A stretch of 64,000 nt of DNA from Eledone cirrhosa (lineage: Eukaryota). The DNA lies in assembly GCA_964016885.1 (NCBI GenBank), contig OZ024740.1, positions 94,984,001 to 95,048,000 on the forward strand. Direction: 5' to 3'. A model generated the notes under the pieces. The model saw nothing but the letters and a program-made list of their open reading frames with translations. It made no database searches and was not told the origin of the DNA. Shown in pieces: positions 54,556 through 64,000 of this stretch (its first letter is position 1; the number at the start of each line of letters is the position of its first letter). The position numbers and the translations under genes are program-made.

Positions 54556-54845
54556 TGAATTGGCAGTATCAGTAGAGGGTTGGCCGCCATGCTTTCTAGC
54601 ATAGTTACGTCCCTTTACGGTTTGAGTTCAAATCCCGTCGAGGTTAACTTTGCCTTTCATCCTGACGGGGTCGATAAAATATAGTACCAGTAGCGTACTG
54701 GTGAATTGCTGGCCTTGTGCCAAAAGTAGAAACAATTATTATTATTATAGGTTAACTTTCTCCCTCAAAATTACGGTGTCGATAAAATAAAGTACCAATA
54801 ATGTACTGGATAATTGCTGGCCTTGTTCCAATAGTAGAAACAATT
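54556..54845 (+). mobile_element. Two tandem SINE copies (54556-54738 near full length, 54749-54845 3' half), each ending in (ATT)n
   Basis: Match to 30307-30495. Confidence 0.88.
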
Positions 54846-54885
54846 ATTATTATTATTATTATTATTTTTATTGTTGTTTTTGTTG

Positions 54886-57800
54886 CTGTGAAGACAAATC
54901 TGTGTGGGAAAAGGTTCGTAACTTTAAGCTGTTTTAAAGTGTCAATTTTTGTATTTTCTTGTCGTTAACGAAACTTAAGCTACACATCCAGATTTAAAGA
55001 GAGGGACACCTCTCAATATTCCGGCTTTAAGCCCGAATATTCAGATTTATTTTTTTTAAACTTCGAAAAAAATCGCTTCCCCTCCCAAAAATATTATGGA
55101 AATTTTCGACCATGAAACGGTAAACAACATTCAGGTCAAAAGTTTAAAGGCAGCCACTGTAGATTTCACCACGACTACGACGGCTACAGTCATGCCTGTC
55201 ATCCACTCTACTGAATGTGAAGGCAAAACTAAAAAGCTACCATCACAACCCACTGTGATAGCCACAGTATCATCTGAAAACGACATCACCACCACCGCCA
55301 CCACCACCACCACAACAACAACAACTCAGAGCAATAACGACAATAACACCGACAGCTTCAATGTAAACACGGATGGCGGTGGCATCAGCATCAACAAACA
55401 AAACAACAACAACAACACCCATAACAACAGCAAGAATGACAACACCAACAATAAGAGCATCAGAAGCACCACATTTGCTGCAGCAACAGCAAAAACAAAG
55501 CGCTTATTGAATATTGATATTGATATTAGCGATAAAGAAGAACAGTTGGCACAGCGTGGAGGCTAATTAAACGGGAGAAGTCCTGGGCAAACCTGACCAT
55601 CCCGGACGAGGCAATAGCGGCCATGCAAAGGAGGACGGTGTTATTTCGATGCATTTCGGTGCAGACACGAAAAGTGGAACTTGCCAGCCAAGCAGAGGTC
55701 GAGGCTGCTTCGGAGTACATCGGAAGTAACATAGAGTACAAAGCAAGAGACAAACAGTTCGGTACTATCTCGGTACTGTTCAAAACCGAGGGCCTCGTTA
55801 TTAAGCACTCAGCGACCCCCTGCAGAACGGAACGCATTATCATGCATCCGTCCTACATGGGTAAAAGGACAGTAAAGTTACGCATTCCCAACATCCCACC
55901 AGGAATGAACATATGGTGGCTGCTGGGATGCGTAATCGAGGAAGGGACAGACACTACCCTCCTGGATATCAAAAGGACAGAATGAGAAGAATGGTCCGGA
56001 GTGGATTTGGAGATTCTTCTCCAAATGAAACCAGAGGACATGAACAACATACCGGATTTTGCATGCCTGCAGGACGGGACAACAATACAACTAATCATTG
56101 ACGGAAGAAGGCCACGCTGCTTCGTCTGCAGGGAAGCAACGCATCTGCAAGCCTTCTGCCCTCAGCGCAAAAATGCAGGGTGTCGCAAACCTCCTTTGTT
56201 GCCAACGCCAATGTCTGCACGGAAAGCTTCACCACCACCACTACCAAAAACAACACCAACAAAAACACAGACACCAACATCAAAAAAGGCCGGATCACCA
56301 CCAACACCAAAACCAAACTAAGGGGAAACGAGGAATGCCCCCCTCCCAGTATACACATAGACAAAACAATTAACGCACACACAGACACAGAGACACTCAC
56401 AGCCACAGACCCTTTGTCTTCCAGCAGCGAAAATGAAGGAAAACCCAAAAGTGCACAAAATCAGGGAAAACTCACAACAAAAAAAGCCCCAACAAAACAT
56501 AAAAACATACACAACAAAAAATACAGACACCACTAACGCAAACACTTCCGCAATAACATCATCACCAACAGCAACATCGACACCACCTCCACAATCCCCG
56601 AAACGCAAACAACTTAAACAAACACAAGTACAAATCAACACACAAATACCTGAAATTCCAGACACCACACCTACAACAAAAACAGACATACCCGAAACAA
56701 CACCACCAAAACCCTCACCACCACTGTCACCAAAACGAAACAAATCAAACCACACCAAAATGTTAAAAACTTCGTGCTTGTCAGTAGGGCCAACAATAAA
56801 CTGATGGCCCTCTTAGCACAAAGCGAGGACATTCAAACAGAGGGGGAGATTTTTGAAATGAGCAAATTTTGCGTGCCAGAAGATTTAGTTCTGGTCCGAA
56901 TGTCACTCAATTCCTTCACAGAAATTCGAGAGAGTTTTCCTCAAGAAGTGGGAACCCCGAATGTGAAACCCACATCAAGACTTTTAAAGGGATTCCCAAA
57001 ATGAAACCCACCATCCATGGAGGTCGAACAACCCGACCTTCACAAGACCCCGTGAGGTAATAAACCTTCCCTGTCTCTCTTAGCTTACCAATATGGCCAT
57101 ATTAAGAGTAGGAAGTTTAGATGTTCGCGGCCTGGGGTCACCCTGGAAGCAGGGTCGCCTGCTCAACGACCTCATGTCGCTGGAAATGGATGTGATTGCC
57201 GTCAGCGAGACCAGAATTTCCGACACGCGCGCACTAGCCCCCATTTTCGACGACTATCAGATCGTCGCATCTGTTAGCAGACTGGGAATGGGGGTGGGGT
57301 GGCAGTGCTGTTTAGGAACGGACTGGGTCTCGAGGTAAGGTCGATCTTCCGGGACCCGGATGGTAAGTTGGTGGTCTTGGATGTGAGCAATAGTGAAGGT
57401 GGTGCGTCTATAGTGCTGGCCGTCTACAGGGGCGTGACGACCGGACATATTTAGGCGCCTGGAGACATTTCTGGGTACGTCTCGCCCTTTACTGTTAGCG
57501 GGGGATTTGTATGGCATATTAGACGCACGCTGCGATTGTGTGGGAGTAGCCGATAGGAGCGGGGGGGGGGGACAACAGCCTCAAACACCTACTCAGCCAG
57601 TTCCAACTGTCTGACAGGAAACGACTAGATTTCCCCAATGTTCCAATGTGGACATGGACCAACTGAATGGGGTCATCTAGATCGTATATAGACAGGATCT
57701 TCATTAGTAAAATAGATAGAAATAGTGTGGGCTGCCCACTTTTTAAAATGGTCGCCTATTCAGATCAAACATTTGTGATCTGTACGGTCGACCTAGATAA

Positions 57801-60791
57801 AACGCGTAGGCTAGGACCGGGTTACTGGAAGCTGAACATGTCATTTCCGGCACCTAACGCTTACAGGGACCGAGTCAACAATTTAGTTAATAAAAGTTGG
57901 CAGGGGGGATCATCAACAACAGATGGTGGGGGGGGGGGGGGGGGCTCTCAAAAGAGAGATTAGAGTAACTTCGAGAGAGTTCAGCAAAGAACTAGCGTTA
58001 GAGAAAAATAGAAAAGAGGGGCAGCTGGTAGATAATTAGACCAGGATATTTGTAGTGGCATTGGAACTGACGTGCTAGCAGCGAGAATGGCATTAGACTA
58101 TTTCTTCAATGACAAACACGAAAGTTGCATTGTCAGAGCTAAGGCGCCGGCGCTGAGAAACGAGGGAACCAAAGCTGTTCGATGGGCCCGCGTGGCTTAG
58201 GCGTAGCGTGTTAATAAAATCACAATTAGGTCTTTGGCGGACCGAGACGGACACGAGAGAAGCGATTCCAAGCGGATGTGTAAGGCCTTTTGCCAGCACT
58301 TTGCTCGGTTGTTCGGGGAGAGTGGCGAGTCAGAGAGAGTAACGGATTTCATTCCCTACCTTGATGGCTTGCCGCGTATCTGGACTGTCGAAGCTGAGCG
58401 CTGCGAAATGCCGATTACTTCAGCCGAAATTCAGGACGCCCTTGTCGGCTGAATGAGGCGCAAGTCACCCGGTTTGGATGGCCTGCCCTCCGAGCTTTAC
58501 GTAAATATGCCAGACTTGTTCTCCGAACTCCTCGAAGCACTCTACTGCAACTGGCAGCAGAATGGGAGTATTCCCAGTTCTGTGAGCAGGTGAGTGGTGA
58601 CGCTGATAAGGAAAGATGAGAACAAGAGGGATACATTAGACTACTTCAGGCCCATAACTCTGCTCAACGCAGAGTTTAAGATTTTGGCCAAGGTGTTAGC
58701 AAAGAGATTGGCGCTTGTCGTCGAGGATTTGGTTGGGGTGGCGCGAAATTGCGAAATCTCAGCCAGGTCCATACACCACAATCTCCACCTCATGCGATAC
58801 ATCATAGAGAGGGTAGGGTGTAAACCTGGCTTCGGTGGGGCACTGATCAATTTAGATCAATCGAAAGCATTCGATAGGGTCGACCATCGGTATCTGGAGT
58901 TTATCCTCAAAGCAGCTGGCTTCGGCCCTGTCTTTAGAAGCTGGATCGCTGCAATGCACAGCGGCACACGCTCGGTGGTCAAGGTTAATGGCCACTTCTC
59001 GGAACCATGTCGGCTTTCCCGATCGGTCTGTCAAGGCTGACCTCTCTCTTCCCCTCTGTACGTATTGACTCTCGAACCTTTACTGCGGAAGCTGGAGGTG
59101 TTGCAGGGCATCCCGCTCGAGCCGGGACGTGGAAAGGCGGTTTCGGCTTATGCGGACGACATCACCGTGATGGGGTCGAACACTTCAGAAATCGAGGTGG
59201 TCGACACCTTATTGAAGGATTATGAAAGGTTGACAGGAGCCAAACTTAACCCGGCAAAGTCGGTGTGCTTGCAGTTCGGAACCTGGAGAGGCAAGCCCAT
59301 GCCAACAGCGTCGTGGGCGCTGGACGGACGGACCGGTAAAGTTGCTCGGGTTTTAGTTCGGACCAAACCTCCAGTTGGAAAAGGATTGGGACGAGGTAAC
59401 GAGCAGAGTAGCCAGTCTCATCCAAATATGGGCTGGGAGGAAGGTATCACTGAAAGGTCGCCCGGAGGTGGCGAATGCGTACATCGCGTCCGTCATCTAC
59501 TACCGCCTGACCGTTGTGCCTTGCCCCCGTCTGCGCCTCGTCAAATTGGAACGGCTCCTCTTCAAATTCTTGTGGAGGGGACAAGTACCGTTGGTGAGGC
59601 GCTCCATCTGCTGCCAGCACCCTCTACGCGGAGGGCTGAGCATGCCGTGGCTAATGATGCGCAGACATGAGTTGGGGTTGCGACATCTCCAGATATTCTG
59701 CCTAAACGGTGAACAGGTGTGGTCGCCGTTTATCACGTTTTCTGCAGCTCATTTCTTTGACGGATCCGCTGTCCTGGGTCAAGAAGAGACCTAGCCTGGG
59801 TGACTGGCACCTGGAATGTTGCCAGGCACTCACTGCCCTCTACCAAGCGGGCAATGCGTTCAGTGGAAATTCCACTCTCGAGTTCTATAGAGAATTAGTG
59901 GTGGGCAAGTGTGATGAGGCACTCGGAGAAGCTTTGGGCATCGACGAAGTCGAACTGACCAGTCTGTACCGGAGGACTTTTGAGCCGGGGACGATGGACA
60001 ATTTCCAGAAATCCATCGCTTGGCAGTGCTACAGGGGGGCACTGCCGGTTCGGGAAAAAACTCTACAGGCACGGAAGTGCTGTCAGACGGACCTGCCCAA
60101 GATGCACACAGAACGGCGAAACCGTTCTGCACGCATTTGTCCAAAGTCCGTGCATTACTGACTTGTGGTTTTATGTCGAACAGCTATTCTCGCGTGTGGA
60201 ACGAATCCGGCTATCGGCCGAGTCCATATTGAAGATCGATCCACCGCCTTCCTTAGGTCAGGAAGTGCAGGAAATGTTCCTCTGTCTGGTGGCAGTTGCA
60301 AAAGAGGTTGCATGGTGGACCAGGTTAAAAGGACTGAAGACAGACACTTTTCTCTTCGGCCAATCCCTCATCAACTTCTTCAAGTTTTACCTGGAAAGGT
60401 AGGTGAGGGTGGAGAGAGAAGTGCCCTCCCCCCCCCAGTATATTTGGTAAAAGCTAGGTGAATGTGGCGAGAATGGCTCGTGTGAATGGGCCTACTCTGA
60501 CCATGCGGCTATAGGCTAGCTAACTTGAGGAGAGGGGTGCTCTCCCTGGGTATCCTAGAAGCGCAGGGTGGTTCAGGATGGGTAGGGTACGCGAGTCATC
60601 CCAGGGTCGTCCACACCCTATCGCGGAATTTATTTTGTTTCTTTATGCATAGTTTATTTTATATTTTTATATTTTCATTGTTAAATTAGTCTTGCCGTTG
60701 TGCACTTTTACTCGACCTTATGTAAACCCCCACTGTCCCTGTCTTAGTATTGTCCCCTACATGTCGGCACTTTTGGCTAATAAGTGAAATC
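54886..60791 (+). mobile_element. Tx1-like copy 4, divergent subfamily, disrupted
   Basis: ORF1 55096-57060 (CFVCREATHLQAFC) and ORF2 57093-60514 (GYWKLN, DQSKAFDRVDH, YADD). Ends gaaatc(att)n. Confidence 0.92.
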
Positions 60792-60805
60792 ATTATTATT
60801 AGTAT

Positions 60806-60883
60806 TATATATACACACACACCCACACGCACGCACACACACCCACACAAACACGCACACACATACATACACACACACACATA

Positions 60884-60975
<92 letters not shown>

Positions 60976-61024
60976 TATGTATGTATATATATATATGTAT
61001 GTATATATATATATGTATATATAT
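60806..61024. repeat. (CA)n/(TA)n/(TATG)n microsatellite
   Basis: Direct inspection. Confidence 0.95.
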
Positions 61025-61632
61025 GTCAGGTCACCAGTTGGTGCTACTGGTAACATGTATCCCAGTACAACCTGTCTCATGGTCGGGTCGTTGGCGACTA
61101 AACTGGCAACCCCACCAGGGTTTCTTGGTGAGGAGGGTGACTTTGGACATCCTGCAGGACTAAAAACAAAACCTGTCAAAGGGCAAATGAGCTCTTAAGT
61201 GTCAATGGCCATCCAAAATCACCGGGAGAGATGACCCCTTAACCTCTGTCAAGGCAGAATTCTAGGAGAAGGAAAACTCTGATATAAAACCTGCAACCCT
61301 GATGGTATCCAATGATGTTGACTTGTTCTTCTTTTTGGTAAATATCATCTTGGTTAAGATAGTAGGACTGGCTTTGTGCAGTGCATTTGCACACTATAAA
61401 AGCTTCATAGCACAGGCATTGCTTTATATCTGGAGATCTCTCTGCACTTGTCATCACAACGTACCATGGGCCCAGCACTATGTGTCAATAATTGTCACAA
61501 GTGTAGTGTTTGTACCAGAGTGTTCAAGTCGCTGGCTGGACTAAAAAGTCACACTTGTTTAGCGCATCGCTAGGGGTTCTCCGACATGGATATAAAGTAG
61601 TGGCCGTACTCGAAAACGAGTTGGCAGCCACC
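61025..61632 (+). mobile_element. ~600-bp GC-richer non-coding insertion in (TA)n, possibly an RTE-related non-autonomous element
   Basis: Bounded by (TA)n on both sides. The ggcgactaaactggcaacc motif resembles RTE 5'UTRs from memory only. Confidence 0.4.
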
Positions 61633-61743
61633 ATATATATATATATATATAGTAAAAATAAAAAATGTGAAGACTAAAATGCAAAGAGGGCTCTATAAGG
61701 ATAAATATATATCAAATATATAAGAATCGTAGAGCAAATATTT

Positions 61744-61978
61744 ATTAAAATAACAGATTAAAGTGTAAGCAAAGAATCGCTGCTTTCACCCTTAACGGGA
61801 TCTTCTGAAACTGACAATGTCAATCTGCAAACGCAGAAGTGAATATTTCAAAAAACGTTGCAACAATGTTTTTTGAAATATTCACTTCTGCGTTTGCAGA
61901 TTGACATTGTCAGTTTCAGAAGATCCCGTTAAGGGTGAAAGCAGCGATTCTTTGCTTAAACTTTAATCTGTTATTTTA

Positions 61979-61980
<2 letters not shown>
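61744..61980. repeat. Near-perfect palindrome (~115-bp arms), each arm carrying a hammerhead-like motif
   Basis: Centre at ~61862. The + arm (61912-61962) reads agttt-CAGAAGA-t ccc gttaa ggg t-GAAA-GCA..TGC-TT-aaact. Confidence 0.88.
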
Positions 61981-62012
<32 letters not shown>

Positions 62013-62675
62013 ATGTATCTATATATAAATATATATATATAAATATCTATAAATATATTTATTAAATTCTTTGTTTTCTGGCTATGCATTATCAATCGGC
62101 TGGACCCAATCTAATAACATTTTACAAGCTAATAGTATTATACCCCAGGAGTGTCAACATTTAATATTTATTTTCATTTGGATTTTTTAAATATTATTTG
62201 TCAAAAATTTAGACAATTAACAATTAACATTTCTATATTGAACTACAGTAAACCAGCAGCACAACCACCACCAGCATCAGCACGTGTCACATCTTTTTTT
62301 ATACGAATGTGTAAGTCACTGTGAGTGTGATTACGATTTCGTTACTATATAAGTTGCATACATATATTCACACAGACAATTAAGCGCACACAAACATCTA
62401 CACATACAGATATATATGTGATGCCAGACAGATGTGCATGAATGTATGTCTGTGTGTGTATGTTTTAGTATATGTATATAAGAGTGTAAGTGTGTGATTG
62501 TGTAGCAACAATTTATTCATTTGGACATAAGGTGCTTCAAAATAGACAGATTATCATTTCTAAATTAATACACTTTTGATATTTGTTCACTATAATATAG
62601 ATATTTTAAATTGATAACGAGAAAAAAAAAACGTATCTTAATAATTATTCTTTACTGATCTTAATATTAACACAA

Positions 62676-62857
<182 letters not shown>

Positions 62858-63189
62858 CCCTCAGAGACTGCCCGATACGCCATGCGAACTGTTGCCTACG
62901 CACATACGTCGTGTATAAGATAGAATGTGACAGGTGCATCCAATACTACATAGTTAGCACAATTCGACCTTTGCACATCCGGATCAAGGAACACATTAAA
63001 ACCAGGGCCTCGTCTTTCCGGAAACACATAGACAAATGCGGAAACAAAGACGGAAAGCCCATTGTCACAATTCTAGCGACTGAAAGAAACGTCGGCAGGT
63101 TATGTATCAAGGAAGCGCTTTTTATCAAACGACTGCAACCGCAAATAAACAACCGATCAGAGAGAAGCGAAATGAGATGGCTGGTTTAA
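62858..63189 (+). pseudogene. PLE GIY-YIG endonuclease C-terminal fragment
   Basis: VVYKIEC..C..YYI.ST.R.L..RIKEH ... H ... L..KEALFI....PQIN. Confidence 0.85.
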
Positions 63190-63483
63190 GTTAACAAGCG
63201 ATGCAACAACACACAACACACGCACACACACACGCAAACGAGACAACTACGCACACACACACACGCACACACACACACAGTGACATTTAACAAACAGGCA
63301 GAGAATGGACTGACAGCTAGCGCCATCCCACTTCCTTATTCGGCCGCTGACCTCTGTACGACGAACCCCATTTCACGCGCACGCAGGCTCTGCCGAATAC
63401 CTCAAATATTCAAAACAACAAACAGCGAAGGACGCGTTCCGGACTTGTCCGAGAGACAACCTTTTCCCCCACCCGGAAAAAAC

Positions 63484-63519
63484 CCCAGTTGATGGATGTG
63501 AATCCGAAATATATAGGGA
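63484..63519 (+). ncRNA. Decayed minimal hammerhead in the PLE 3' region
   Basis: ccc-CAGTTGA(core mutated)-t ggat gtga atcc-GAAA-TATA-TA-ggg. Confidence 0.45.
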
Positions 63520-63774
63520 CTATTAAATCTCTCCCAAGGTAACTCTCTGTTGTGTTGTTACTTTTATTTTATCCTTTATAATCTTCCCTTCATTCTACAC
63601 ATCTCACACATCTTATACACACCACACATCTCAAAGTACACCCACTTACATCTCTCTCTCCACCATCAGACCTTGTTACCTGGAGATTTACCCATTTGCA
63701 TTGTCGAGTCTTCCAAGCGGCTTAAAGATATTTACTTATTGTTCCACAATGCTTCCAGCAAACTTCAATACTCT

Positions 63775-63882
<108 letters not shown>

Positions 63883-64000
63883 TTAATAAGAGGAATTCCA
63901 ACATTGTCTGATTTACTCGTTTTATTTACAATTTTTAAAATTTATAATGGTATTATAATGAAATAGTATGATGGAATATTAAATGTTAAGTGTTAATTGA

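Overview
This is AT-rich, microsatellite-dense eukaryotic DNA with no host gene I can support. The tRNA-derived SINE and overall repeat style suggest an octopus genome (inference). It has two compartments. (1) Flanks (1-25400 and 60800-64000): (TA)n tracts carrying Penelope-like (PLE) debris, including a GIY-YIG fragment, many foldback inverted repeats and about 9 type I hammerhead ribozyme motifs, two of them in a ~525-bp tandem repeat. There is also an RTE-like LINE fragment and SINE copies. (2) A ~35-kb array (25430-60800) in which (TTA)n spacers separate ten non-LTR retrotransposon insertions of two unrelated kinds with strict polarity. Five Tx1/L1-like APE-RT elements all lie on +, one apparently intact with ORF1 and a 1139-aa ORF2. 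Five R4/Dong-like RT-restriction-like-endonuclease elements all lie on -. Other notable signals are a conserved GT..AG 50-53 nt interval over the Tx1 ORF1 stop whose removal would fuse ORF1 and ORF2 in frame, ORF1/5'UTR swapping on a shared ORF2, and a stem-loop conserved between two Dong-like 3' ends. All calls were made by eye and coordinates are approximate to a few bases.
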